NCBI GenBank assembly: GCA_002269645.1
Contig: NIVC01000359.1
Span: 62,001 to 126,000 of the forward strand
Reading direction: 5' to 3'
From: Macrostomum lignano
Taxonomy: Eukaryota
DNA length: 64,000 bases
A program made the translations under genes and the position numbers. The notes under the pieces are model-generated. The model did not search any database. It worked only from the letters and a program-made list of their open reading frames with translations, and was not told the origin of the DNA. Shown here piece by piece: positions 25,830 through 56,829 of the stretch. Positions within the stretch are counted from its first letter, which is position 1. Every line of letters starts with the position of its first letter.

Positions 25830-28800
25830 ATGGCATCTCAATGTGGCCGATCGCACCCACTGGCGCTGCTGCTGTCACCGCCTGTGCTGCTGTTTCTCCT
25901 GCTATGCCTTGTAGGCAATGCGAGCGCCGTTAAGCGGGACGCCAACGGCACCTGCAAGTCAAGCGCCAACACCAAATGTCAGCCAGGTGTCATGCTACCC
26001 GTCTGGCAGCCGTCGCTAAATCTCAGCTTCGGCGACAAGCTGGCTAGAGCAGTGGTGTACTTTTCCTGTCTGATCTATTGTTTTCTTGGTGTGTCCATCA
26101 TAGCCGATCGGTTTATGGCCGCCATTGAAGTTATCACCTCCAAGGAGAAGGATGTGGTGGTAAAAATGAAAGACGGTACCAAACAGGTTGTTAGCGTGCG
26201 CATCTGGAACGAAACAGTCAGCAACCTGACACTGATGGCTCTGGGTTCCTCAGCGCCAGAGATTTTACTCTCCATCATAGAAATCTGTGGCAAGAAGTTT
26301 GAGGCGGGCGACCTGGGCCCAGGCACGATTGTAGGTAGCGCGGCATTCAACCTGTTCATCATCATTGGCCTCTGCGTCTACGTCATACCAAACGGAGAGA
26401 TACGTCGAATCAAACACCTGCTTGTGTTCTTTGTAACAGCCTCTTTCTCTGTCTTTGCTTACCTGTGGATGTATATGATCATCGACATCTTCTCGCCTGG
26501 CAGAGTTCAAGTTTGGGAAGCCGTCTTGACTTTTGCTTTTTTTCCACTGACCGTACTGCTCGCGTACGTTGCCGATACGAAAATCTTTTTCAAAAGCTTC
26601 CTTAAGAAGCACTACACTGCACGATCAGCCAAGGCGTACCAGGATGGCGAATTGGAGATGCAAAACCCCGAAACCGCTGTCGTGGACCCATCAGCAGTTG
26701 ACACTGACCTGAGCGATTTTGAGAAGACGCGGCATGACTACATTGAGATCCTGCGCGAGATTCGCAAGAAGCACCCGAACGCCGATCCCAAGATGCTGGA
26801 AGAGATGGCGCAGATGGAGGTGCTTAACAGGGGCCCGAAGTCGCGAGCTTTCTACCGCATGCAAGCCACCAGGCAGCTCACTGGTTCCGGAAACGTCATC
26901 AAGAAGTCTAAAGTCGAGCGTCGTCTCTCTGTTGCTGTTGAGGAGCAGGAGGAAGACCCCAACCTGCAGAAGATCTTCTTCGACCCAGGCCACTACACCG
27001 TGATGGAGAATGTTGGCACCTTCTCGCTGACAGTGTCACGATCTGGCGGCGATCTAAATGCCGTGGTGAGGCTGGACTATCACACAGTGGACGGTACAGC
27101 CACCGCTGGCGATGACTACGTTGCTGCTCAAGGCACTCTGGTGTTTCACTCTGGCGAGAAGCACTGCCAATTCAGCCTGACGATCATCGATGATGACGTG
27201 TTTGAAGAAGACGAACACTTTTACGTTGAACTGTCCAACATCCGAGTGGAGGGCGGCGATCCTGAAACTCGTGTAGAGCTTGCCGACCCCATCCGAGCCA
27301 CGATCATGGTTCTGGATGACGATCATGCTGGCATCTTCCATTTCGAAGTCACTGAGGCCACGGTGCACGAAGCAGTCGGCGAAGCCGAATTCAAGGTGCA
27401 GCGTAGCTCAGGTAAGCCTCACCATATCGTTTTTGTTCGTTTATACTGGAATAATTTCCGTGTATTTTTGATTATTCGAACGACTGGGCAATCGGTTTTC
27501 GTTTATTCCTAGTGATGCTATTTCGATATATAATTTTGCTTATGCCTTTTCTTCTAAGCGGGTTTGCACTTTACTTACAAGCAATTGGGCCTTCAAATAA
27601 TAATTAATCGGATACCGAGTCGCAGCGAAGATACGAGCTATCACAGTTGCAGAGAAAACGGATGCGAGCGTATCAGGGCGTGCAGAGAGACAGAATAATA
27701 AATGAAGTGAATCCCCACACTAGCATGACGCCCAACTAACGTATCTACGGAAGCTGAGCTAGTTCACGAAAAAAATGGCGCTATGGGGAGGCAGAAGCGG
27801 CTTACAAAGGGACAAGAGGGATTTGAATGGCCTGGAGAGATGTAAGAATGCAAACCAGACAACTGCATGGCTAAGACAGAAATAGGAGAGACTGAGAGAG
27901 ACTGAGGAGCTTATAGATGCGCTTGAGCCCTGCTGCGCCGAGTAAGCTTTGTACCAATTAAATCAGAAAGTGCCCACGGATATGCATTATGGTTATAGTG
28001 TTCGCTAGTCGACTATAAGAGACTTTCAGAATATACATAAAAAGGAGCCCATTTGAAGTCGCAGCCAGGTCGCTAACACTAGTACTCTTATAAAAACCCC
28101 AAGTGAGTTAATTCGCAAAATGGGAGATTGGATTATTGATTGAGTAGGCGCTTATGATATGCTATTTCGGCACGTCTGAAAGGCACGTTAAATAAACAAG
28201 AACGAATTAGCCGGGACAGGCGATTAAAATTGTTTAGCTAATGGTAGGTCAGAGTTTCTTGAATTTATTTCAGAATCACGAAGCTTGGATCTGCTTTTAG
28301 TCACTAAAAAATCAACAGGAGAAGTGTACAGAATCAGTGGAGAATTATTATAGGGGTACAAGCAAGCTGGTTAGCATTAAATGAAGTTCATTAATTCTTA
28401 GTCTAGAAAAGGTCGCAAGGAAGAAAACAACTCGTCCAATTCGTCAAACATCGAGTTATACCGAGTTATGGATGAGAAGTACGGAAGCTTTCACTTACGC
28501 TTGTCTCAACGTCTCAAAATTGGAAACTGCCGATTGTCTAATAAGGCCGGAGAAAAATCAGAGAGAGAGAGAGAGAGAGAGGTAGAGGTTGAAAAGAGAT
28601 TGCCTGCCCGCCGCTCACACGAGGAAGGCAGTCAGGGGCAAATAATTTGGTGACGGCGAGACCGCGGGCGATTAGAAATTGGCTTTTGCCATCGTAATCA
28701 CACGGAGGCGACCGCTCCAGTGAGTGCTGACTACTAGCAACTGGAAAGTGGGGATGATGATTTTATAGATGGCCAAGTCAGCGTAGCTTCCCAGTCTCCT

Positions 28801-31142
28801 GGGAATTTTCCCCCGAATCCCAATGCAGCTCAGGGGATTCGTGCCTATGCACCTCCCCTGCTTGGAAGAAAGGCAGGAGGACCAAGCTTCCAATCTGCTT
28901 TTCGCTTCAACCCCCTGCCCCCAGATCCTGCTGTGCCCTTCTGTCTCTTGAGGACATCTAATAATGTTTATTTTATCTATCTCTTTCGCGCTGGGTATGT
29001 AACAGCCTCATTGGTCCGAGATGGCCAATTGCCACGAAGAAGAGCCGGGACAGATGTCCAACTGGGATCGGCTCTGTAACACAAGTATGCAAATCAGTTG
29101 AAACCCCTGGGAAATTGATGGCCTTGAAGGATAGAAGGGGAAGATAGCGAGCTTGGGTACATACCGGACCCAGTTGAGGAGCGGTTTTTGCTGAACTCAA
29201 CTCATACCGTGAATTTTATACAGCTCTGATCTTGTCTGTGGGCCTCTCCGAGACTTAAAGGCATCGAATTGACACCACACCAGCAGAAGGATATTCTGCT
29301 GGATTGGCTGAAATTCAGCTGCTCAAGAATTAAAGCAAACATATTGTATTTCGCATTCAATTTGTTTTAATGGGGAGTATCTCTACAGGTGGATCACATT
29401 TCTAGCCTAGAAAACCAACTGCAACCCCCGTTCATCCAGGTGCCCGTGGCATCGTTCGGCTGCCCTTCAAGACGGTTGACGGCACGGCCAAGGGCGACGG
29501 AAATGACTTCGATTCTGTGAAGGACTATCTGGAGTTCCACAACGATGAAACTGAGTGAGTCGATGGTGCGGAATTAACTGCTACGAGCTCGTACGCACAC
29601 CAAATCGAGGGGGGGGGTGGTCTGTGCATGACAATCCAGGCAACCCCTCCGACCCTGACTCAAAGCATGCATGGGCAACAGGAGCTACGCATGTGCACTA
29701 AAAATTGTATTCGGGAATTTCATAGAGAATTCCTCGTTAGTTGAGGGGAAAATCCGCACAAATATTCGAATTGAGTGACGCTGTACATCAAAGGAAATGG
29801 AAAGACAAGACAGACAAAAGCTCTGCGAATTCCAGGCATTGCTAAATAGAGAATAATTGCAGGATTGCTGCGCCAAATAATTGCGGGTGGAATGTGCGAA
29901 CGAGAGGGAAGAGGTTTGGAAACAGGATGTCATTTTTTTGCAACACAGCAAGTCAGAATTGTGCCGCAAGTTTTGGATGAAAGTCCACTCGACTCGATCT
30001 TTCGCGCGTTCGTCAAAATATGGGCCGTGTGAGCTGAGCAGGCTGTGAGATGGGGGGAGAAGTTTGGGGATCAGCATGCCCGGGGAGAGTTAGCCAGGCC
30101 TCCTCTGGGGACTCGGACTCGCGCAGTTCTAAAAGTGCCTCCTAACTCGGATAGCCGTCCAGCTGCCTTCCCATGCCATCAATGACAGATGATGCCGGGC
30201 GGTCCCCCGAGTTTGCGCCGTCTCTTTCGCTTGGCCGGCCCTAGTCCTACTCAGCCACGCTCCTTGAGCACATCGACTCCTCTTCATCCTTTCGTTTCTT
30301 TTCTTATTCTTTCTCACTGGCGAATCGATCTTTGGGCTCGGATTGACAAATTCTTCGCTCGCAACAGGCAGGCGGCGAAGGGTTTAAGCAGCTTAGGCGA
30401 ATCCCAGATTCAGACTCTTTTCTCCTTGCTTGCTTCTTATTTGCTCAGAATACTTCTACCTGAGCTCTCTGCATTCAACTTATTTAAATAATGATGATGA
30501 TTAAATTTTCAAAAAAAATGCAATTACTTATTTAATCGTTGAAAATTTACACCATTTTGAGTCGGGAATCCGTAGTCAATGGCCCAGGTGGAAACTTTTC
30601 TCCGTTCTCTGTGCGAACTTCAAAAACAAAAAACTGGAGCAGTTTATTCAGGTCGGACTTTGGGAACCGAAAACCTCAATGAGGGGGACACTGCAAACGA
30701 ATGAATTTCATTTTACCTTTTCACGTTCAATTTTGATCAAAGTCCAGTTCTAAAAAAAACTAGCGGAAATTCAATTCAGACTGAGGATAATCTTGTCTAT
30801 GGCTAAACCTTACTTCGGTTAGAATGTTTTGAACTGGGGTTAGACTGGGCCCCAGTCTAAATTTAGTGTAACTATGCTCGTATTGAGCACATAGAGTGAC
30901 AGATTTTGGTCGGTCAGTGAACCAGGCTACCGACTTAGCTGGAAGCAGCTCCATAGATGCAAACAGCAAAAGTATAGACAGGCATAGAGGAGTTTGCAAA
31001 AGGGAGAAAAACATTTCGAGGAAAAAGTTCGAGGGTGATTGCGCAGGAGGTATATGACTTTCTCTCCTCTCGCACCCGCTCCCTCTGCCTACCAAGCTGA
31101 CGGAATCTCGGGATTCCTCAGGCAGGGACGAAGGCGCGTCAA

Positions 31143-31204
<62 letters not shown>

Positions 31205-31392
31205 GTGGGGAAGATGGAGAGAGAGACAGGAAATATCAAGGGCAGATTGTGCCCCCGCGCAAGGGCGGTGCCCTCCTCTATCCTCTTTCCCACAACAGGC
31301 ACCAATACAGGCTGGAATAGGGCGTATCCCAGATCCCAGATTACCCTTTCCGCTTTCTTCTCCCCTCTCAGACGCTGTAATTCACAGAACAG

Positions 31393-31445
<53 letters not shown>

Positions 31446-33140
31446 CAAGCAAAAGGCCAAGGAACAGACCGGGATCGGGAGTGACCTTTTCCACTTTCGG
31501 TTGGAAGCGGCTAGCGGTGCAGCGAATTCCGGTGCCAGCCGGTTTCTAAGCATCGACCGGCTTAAAGCCATCTGAAGGCAGCGAAGAACAAACGGATGAA
31601 GAGGATAGATCGTACTGGGGGTAATTATTGGCATCGAATTGCCAGGTTAAAGGGTGCACCTTTAGCGAGTGCTGTAACACGTATTGGAATTCCCAGCATG
31701 CTTCGGTTTTTAGCCATGTTTCGTTGCGTTCATTTCTCAACTCCTGTCAGCAACTTACCTTGCCTTTCCTTGACAGGAAAACCATCAAGATCAGGATCAT
31801 TGACGATGAGGAATACGAAAAGAACGAGTTCTTCTTCATAGAGCTGGGCGATCCGATCCTGATGAAGCGCGTTGGTAAGCGAATTAATTTTGGCTGTCTG
31901 TCCCAGCCTCCCTACGCCATTACAGTTTCATTTTTTAATATCAGTCAACCTCCCCAAATCTTCATGGCAACTTCTCGCATAGTAACCCAGCAACCTTTTT
32001 TCAATGCGAGTTTCTTTTGCTAAATAGAATTTTAATTGTTTCACGCAGACCCAAAGTTGCCAGAACATCACTGCCATGGAGACGACGGACACTCTGGAGG
32101 TGAAGGAATAATTTAGCACAAATTTTTATCCCAGTACCATTTTTAATTTGCCCTTACTCAGATAAATTAATTCAACATTTTTTCTGAGAAAACAANNNNN
32201 NNNNNNNNNNNNNNNNNNNNNNNNNNNNNNNNNNNNNNNNNNNNNNNNNNNNNNNNNNNNNNNNNNNNNNNNNNNNNNNNNNNNNNNNNNNNNNNNNNNN
32301 NNNNNNNNNNNNNNNNNNNNNNNNNNNNNNNNNNNNNNNNNNNNNNNNNNNNNNNNNNNNNNNNNNNNNNNNNNNNNNNNNNNNNNNNNNNNNNNNNNNN
32401 NNNNNNNNNNNNNNNNNNNNNNNNNNNNNNNNNNNNNNNNNNNNNNNNNNNNNNNNNNNNNNNNNNNNAGAAACCAACATAGCGACTGTACAAGGTCAAA
32501 AGCTACCTGTAGTTTATTCAAAAACTTTCATTCCTTTCTTTGCTGCCTCCCCCAAGGGGGGTGAAGATTGCTATCTAAAATTTGCTAAAAGTTAAAATTC
32601 GAAAGTCGACCCAAATTCGAAGGCTCAAAAGCCAAGCCCAAGCTCTGCGCCTCTCAGCTGTAGAATAGTGGTACTACATGTGCCGCACTTTCTCATTGGA
32701 TGGCTCTCATGTACAGTACAGACGTTGCATCAAATTTAAGCACGATCTTCTCCCCTTTTTACAGACACATTTGCCTCCAAGGTGGCCGCCATCGGTGACT
32801 CAAACGCCGACAGTCCGTGGGCAACGTGACAGGCAGCAACGCTGTGAACGTATTCCTTGGCATTGGAGTCGCCTGGTCAATTGCTGCCATTTACCACTGG
32901 AGCAATGGAAGCGAGTTCCTTGTTGAGTCTGGCTCCCTAGGCTTCTCAGTCACAGTGTTCTGCGTCGAGGCCCTGGTCGCCATCATGATCATGATGCTGC
33001 GCCGCCTGAAGCCGGTCGGCGGCGAGCTGGGCGGACCCTTCGTGCCCAAGGTGATCACCACCACCGTGTTCCTGGGCCTCTGGGTCACCTACATCATACT
33101 GTCGGCGTTGGAGAACTACTGCTACATCGACGGATTCTGA
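25830..33140 (+). CDS. NCX: Sodium/calcium exchanger (NCX/SLC8 family); exons 25830-27411, 29440-29554, 31777-31874, candidate 32049-32099, [gap], 32765-33140 (1-nt frameshift near 32813)
   Basis: Signal peptide; alpha-1 repeat IIADRFMAAIEVIT...NLTLMALGSSAPEILLS...GPGTIVGSAAFN; Calx-beta CBD1 (DDDVFEEDEHF, DDDHAG) and CBD2 (IIDDEEYEKNEFF); alpha-2 end DTFASKVAA...GNVTGSNAVNVFLGIGVAWSIAAIY. Donors GTAAGC, GTGAGT, GTAAGC and acceptors CAG join in phase. Confidence 0.93.
31146..31441. repeat. Two (GA)n microsatellites (31146-31200, 31396-31441) in an NCX intron
   Basis: Direct. Confidence 0.95.
32196..32468. other. Assembly gap (273 N) inside NCX
   Basis: Run of N. Confidence 1.
32470..32552 (+). 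repeat. Dispersed repeat fragment, copy 1 (abuts the gap)
   Basis: gaaaccaaca(a)tagcgactgtacaagg...ctacctgtagtttattcaaaaactttcattcctttctttg is nearly identical to 41237-41320. Confidence 0.85.
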
Positions 33141-34793
33141 TCGCTTGGCGGCGCCATCTGCAGCTTTGTTAAACTATTTTAGATCGATGGCAAGTCCTGC
33201 AGTATAGGCGGCTAAATTCACAAAACAACTAATAAGCAAGCTTCCCAGATACTTGCCCAATGAAGTTTTCATTTCCCATCCGACATATTCTTAGGTTCAA
33301 TTGTCTGTTTCACCTCCTGACGCCAGAAGCGCGTTTGAAACTTTAATCAATCCTGTAATTCTAGCAGCACCTCTCTTTTTGTTAGACTGTTCGCGTCTCG
33401 AGATCTCAATCCGACAGGCTTTTACCAATGGGTTCCTCGCTTGTGCTTACCTTGCTGAACTATTGTTGCATCATTCATCTGGTATGCTGAATGCTATTTT
33501 ATTTAGTATACAAAATGGATCTCAAATGTCATCGAATGAAAGCGACGGTTCCACCTGACCAAGCCTCTCTCGGCTTATAGCTGTATATTCTCATTACACT
33601 GCGCCTTCGCTTCATAAACATTGTTATTTTTCTAGGCTTAAACTCGCTTCGCAACCTCTATTACTACTAACGCGAGTAGTAGTATTTTAGCGCTCGTTTT
33701 CGCCCTCCTGTATGCCATATTGTGTTCGCTTCCTTTTCCCTACGGATTAGTTAATCTGTTCTATCCCATTTTTACTTTGGCAAGTGATTCCTTATTAGGG
33801 AATGCAAATTAGATTGCGCTGCAGACGCAAGGTCTCGAAGGTAGGGCCTACTTTAAAGTTATTTTGAGGCAAGGAATAAATCATTTACGACACTAAAACA
33901 ATATTTTCGTTTCCAAGGTAAAAATCCAGCCTGCGTGCCTATTTAAATAATCAACACAGGCATTATATATTATACTTGCATGCTCTCTTGTTTTTGCGCT
34001 TTATCCCCCCCCCTGATTGAAAAACCACAGTTTCTACTCGTTAGTAGTGCACAACGAGTTTTGTTTGAATGTAGTCTGAATGGCTAGGCTAGAAATCTTT
34101 GTTAGATGTGCTGCTCTTGAATACTACGCTTTCTTAATGTGATAGCAACTCAACATAGCAATCTCCTAGTCCAAATCTGTTTGAAATCTCATTCAAAGTC
34201 AGCCATGTGTAAAAATTTATTTATTATTGCATGCTTTTCTTATTATTTAATTTCCTCGTGTTGACATTTTATTCGAATATTTAGCTCTTATTTTGATAGG
34301 GAGACATTTTCAAGCCTAAAGTCTAAAGTATGTTTCCTTGCTATTGTTATTACATTGCTCACTGTTCTCACTCACCCACTCACTCTCCCAAGTTCTACGC
34401 TTGTACCCTAACCTAACAATAGTTGCTTACTGCTCGCGAGGCTATTAACATTAATTGGAATCATATTTATTAATAATTCTTGTTATTAACCTGCCCCCGT
34501 CCTTATCAACTCTTCCACTGAGAGCCTATCGCCTTTTTGTCTGCGCGCTTAATTTTTATTTTCAATCTGTCTCCTCTTCAGTTTTCTCGGCGGGTTCATT
34601 TAGGGTTGCTGTTTGTGGTCTTCTGTCCTTTGCGTTAACTACTACTTTTTAGTAATATATTATACATGCTAAAACTAAGCAAAATATATAATACAAAATA
34701 TTATATGCTAAACCTAATTGGAATTTAAGTGAATAACTGAGGCATTCGAAGCTGCTTTGGGACTTAATAGATTTCTTTGTAATTAAAATATTA

Positions 34794-35519
34794 ATACAGA
34801 CTGTGGGATGGGAATGCAGACTGAGGGATGGGAATACAGACTGTGGGATGGGAATGCAGACTGTGGGATGGGAATGCAGACTGTGGGATGGGAATACAGA
34901 CTGTGGGATGGGAATACAGACTGAGGGATGGGAATACAGACTGTGGGATGGGAATGCAGACTGTGGGATGGGAATGCAGACTGTGGGATGGGAATACAGA
35001 CTGTGGGATGGGAATACAGACTGAGGGATGGGAATACAGACTGGGGGATGGGAAAACAGACTGAGGGATGGGAATACAGACTGAGGGATGGGAAAACAGA
35101 CTGAGGGATGGGAATACACACTGAGGGATGGGAATACAGACTAGGGGATGGGAATACACACTGAGGGGGTGGGAATACACACTGAGGGATGGGAATACAC
35201 ACTGAGGGATGGGAATACAGACTGAGGGATAGGAATACAGACTGAGGGTTGGGAATACACACTGAGGGATGGGAATACAGACTGAGGATGGGAATACACA
35301 CTGAGGGATGGGAATACACACTGAGGGATGGGAATACACACTGAGGGATGGGAATACACACTGAGGGATGGGAATACACACTGAGGGATGGGAATACAGA
35401 CTGAGGATGGGAATACACACTGAGGGGTGGGAATACACACTGAGGGATGGCAACGCAGACTGAGGGATGGGAATACAGACTGAGGGATGGGAACGCAGAC
35501 TGAATACAGACTGAGGGAT
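34794..35519. repeat. 20-bp minisatellite (gactgagggatgggaataca) between the convergent NCX and stomatin 3' ends
   Basis: Direct. Confidence 0.95.
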
Positions 35520-36402
35520 ACATACGGGGGCTAAAAGTACATGTACTTATATAAGAGACGACTGAATGGATTTCAGAGCTCTCGGGGTATCAGAGCTATG
35601 CACTGGCCGACAAGCCAAGGAGCGCATTGGGATGAATTCCGCAAAGTATATTTTGTACTCAGTTAAAGAGAGGTTTTCACAAATTTTTTGATTAATTAAA
35701 CGGCGGCGATGAGGTTTAAGTAATTTCTTCAAACAGAAGCAGACAACGCTTGTTGCGGAACTTTTCTTGAATACTTGTCTGCTACGGTTATTCTATAACA
35801 AATGGCGGGGTATAAAAATATCAAGACTTCAAAAACAGCGAATCGGATGAAGCTCTGGCAGTGCTGCTGGAGGAATTCAGAGACACAAGACTGCATAATC
35901 ATATTCATAGATGCCAATGCTTCAGTGCGATGCAACTAGTCAATACCCGCGATAAGATTTTACTCTGAGAGTCTGGGAATTAATATTGAACACAGAATTT
36001 GGGATTATTCACGGACCGAATATACAAAACTACACGTTTTGAACAGTGGGATTAATGCTGTGTTAAAGGACAGTAACACACAATAAAAACAGACAGCGTG
36101 TGGAAAATAAAATTTACACTTAGTTAAAGTTTATGCAGTGGTCCGTTCGAATACAGCTTTTAAAAATATATTGACAAATTTCCTTAGCTGCCTACTCGAG
36201 TAGTATGCAGGGATAATTTAATCCGGTGATTTTCCAGCCGACATCATGGATTTCAAGCACAGTCCTTTGAACTTCTGGAACCAAAGCAAAAAATATCTAA
36301 ATTTTCTTGGAATTCAAGTTTGAAATTATTTTTATAGTCAGATGGATGGCTCAGTCTACGGCAATGAGTGTTGGTGTTTGGGAGATAAATCCCCAACCCG
36401 AG

Positions 36403-54032
<17,630 letters not shown>

Positions 54033-55346
54033 GGCGGGCTGGACTGCGATCGAGTTTCGCAAGAGGATTTAAACTCTCCCTTCCTCACTGCTCTACAACT
54101 CGCAGTCAGGAAGCCGAATTCTTTGGGAGAACTTTTTCACTTCAACTCAAGCTCAGCGCACCTCGGTGGGAGCAGCAGCAGGGAATGCGGGGCCGCCGCC
54201 GCCTCCTACCAGTGACTAAATCCCCAGGGAGGCGAGCGCTGCCAGTCCACGATTCAGCATGCAGCACTGCACGCCGTGCAGTGGGGGCAGCCAATCCCCA
54301 GCTGGGGTTGGCTCTCCCGCACTGCGTTCTGCCTCTCTCTTCAATTCCTCTCCTGCTTTCCCGTGCTCTCATTTCTCTCCTTCGCCCGAGCAGCAGTGCA
54401 GCGTTCACCTTGTACTCCCCGCCTCACTCCGCCTTGCCTAATCCCTTCTCTTTTCCCCCTATAGCTAGCTCCACTTTACTAGTTTCTCCCAGTTCCGAAA
54501 ACCCTTGCCCACTTGATTTGGCGGAGCGATGCCTCCCGGCTGTCCCTTGCCATGCAGTCTGGGGGGGGAGGTGGGGGCTGAAAGACAAGTAGCTGGGGGG
54601 ACGCAATACCGGTGGCGGGACCACCGCCACTGACTCACCCGCCGCACGCACAAATGCCCGCACAGACAGACGCACAAAAACGACTCTCTATTACTGCTCC
54701 GACAGGCACGGCGCGTATTATGCTTCTTACGAGCGTAATAGAAGGCCAGGTAAAGGGAGGGACGGATTGATGTCGCTGCAGAAGAGAGGATTAAGCCCGG
54801 TTGATGGGAGGTCTAGCTAATGTAATCAAGATGTCGACACAAGCCGCCGCTCCACCAGCCCTTCCCTCTGTTTCCCCAGTGCCACCTGCCCTTCCCTCTG
54901 TTTCCCCAGTGCCACCTGCCCCTCTCTTATTCCGCTTGGTTGCTATGGTGATCGCGTAAAATGCTCCGGATTGCCGTGAGAGAAACAGATGTCAAATAAT
55001 TCCCCATTTTCCCTACTCTCTCTCCCTTACTCTAAGAACCCTGAGAGTGCAGAGTAGGCATGGAACAGCTATTTCTGGCAAATCTGCTTTGCCTGTTTCA
55101 CTCTAGTTTTTTTCCCGCAGCTGCACCTCCATTACTTCAGCGACACCATCATAAGCAGGCATTTCTGCTTGCTACCAAATGCACCACGTGCCTCAGCCTT
55201 GCCCTTGCCTCACGGCCGCTGCACTCGCAAGTCGTGCAAATTTCTTTGGAGACCGCAGGTTTTCCGCTGTTGCAAAAATGCATTGACGTATCATACCTTC
55301 TGTACTTCTGAACTGCAGATGAAGCCAGAATGCATTTTGTTCGAGG

Positions 55347-56116
55347 GCTCTGATCCCCATTGAGTAGCTCTGATCCCCATTGAGTAGCTCTGATCCCCAT
55401 TGAGTAGCTCTGATCCCCATTGAGTAGCTCTGATCCCCATTGAGTAGCTCTGATCCCCATTGAGTAGGTCTGATCTCCATTGAGTAGCTCTGATCCCCAT
55501 TGAGTAGGTCTGATCCCTATTGAGTAGCTCTGATCCCTATTGAGTAGCTCTGATCCCCATTGAGTAGCTCTGATCCTCATTGAGTAGGTCTGATCCCCAT
55601 TGAGTAGCTCTGATCCCCATTGAGTAGCTCTGATCCCCATTGAGTAGCTCTGATCCCCATTGAGTAGCTCTGATCCCCATTGAGTAGCTCTGATCCCCAT
55701 TGAGTAGCTCTGATCCCCATTGAGTAGCTCTGATCCCCATTGAGTAGGTCTGATCTCCATTGAGTAGCTCTGATCCCCATTGAGTAGGTCTGATCCCTAT
55801 TGAGTAGCTCTGATCCCTATTGAGTAGCTCTGATCCCCATTGAGTAGCTCTGATCCTCATTGAGTAGGTCTGATCCCCATTGAGTAGATCTGATCCCCAT
55901 TGAGTAGCTCTGATCCCCATTGAGTAGCTCTGATCCCCATTGAGTAGCTCTGATCCCCATTGAGTAGGTCTGATCCCCATTGAGTAGCTCTGATCCCCAT
56001 TGAGTAGCTCTGATCCCTATTGAGTAGCTCTGATCCCCATTGAGTAGCTCTGATCCCTATTGAGTAGCTCTGATACCTATTGAGTAGCTCTGATCCCCAT
56101 TGAGTAGCTCTGATCC
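55347..56116. repeat. 20-bp minisatellite (ctgatccccattgagtagct)
   Basis: Direct. Confidence 0.96.
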
Positions 56117-56117
56117 A

Positions 56118-56254
56118 GACATTTATATCTCAGGGTTAGGGTAAGGGAAGCTATGAAGTGTGAAGTGTCGAAGGAGATATGAAATGTCGGAGATATGAAG
56201 TGTTGGAGATATGCAGTGTCGGAGATATAGAATTTCGGAGATATGAACATCCCC
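56118..56254. mobile_element. MITE-like remnant: subterminal inverted repeats around a TTAGGG-like core
   Basis: gacatttatatctc (56118-56131) is inverted relative to tandem ggagatatgaa(a/g)tgtc units (56171-56250); core gggttagggtaaggg. Confidence 0.5.
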
Positions 56255-56829
56255 GGAATTCGCTCATCGGTTTTCTACTTTAACGTACTGAGTTCTACCA
56301 GTCCTACCCATCCGTCTCAATTTGTTCATTTATCGAGTTTCCTCGATACCAGACGTCCTAGGGCCGCTTCTGTTACTCTCGAAATAGACATTTGTTCCCC
56401 TGGTGGCAACTCTAACTCTCGGGGATGAGGCAGTAGTCGGACGTCCGGCCGGCTTAAAAAGGATTGCGAAATTCCCTAGCTCGGCGCTCGAATGGCCGGC
56501 TCAAACTCATGCAGCAGTAGCCATTGCGGGATGCAAGATGGACAGGGATGGGGAGCTGAGATCAGGCGATGGGAGAGATTAATACACTAAGCCTTGCAGG
56601 TCCGCCTTTCATTTCTATACCAGCCTTACCTCGCTCTCTTTCAGAGCTCCCCAGCCTCCCTCACTCTCCTGTCCCTCCGGAGCTGACACAGGTCTCCGAC
56701 ATCTGCGAAGCACTAGCTGGCTCTCGCGATTTTGTTATATTTTATCATTGCTGCTGACTGAGACGGATGAAAGATTTTTTGAGGGGACGGGGGTGGGGGT
56801 TGGATGCAATAGCGATGGATGGGACGAGC

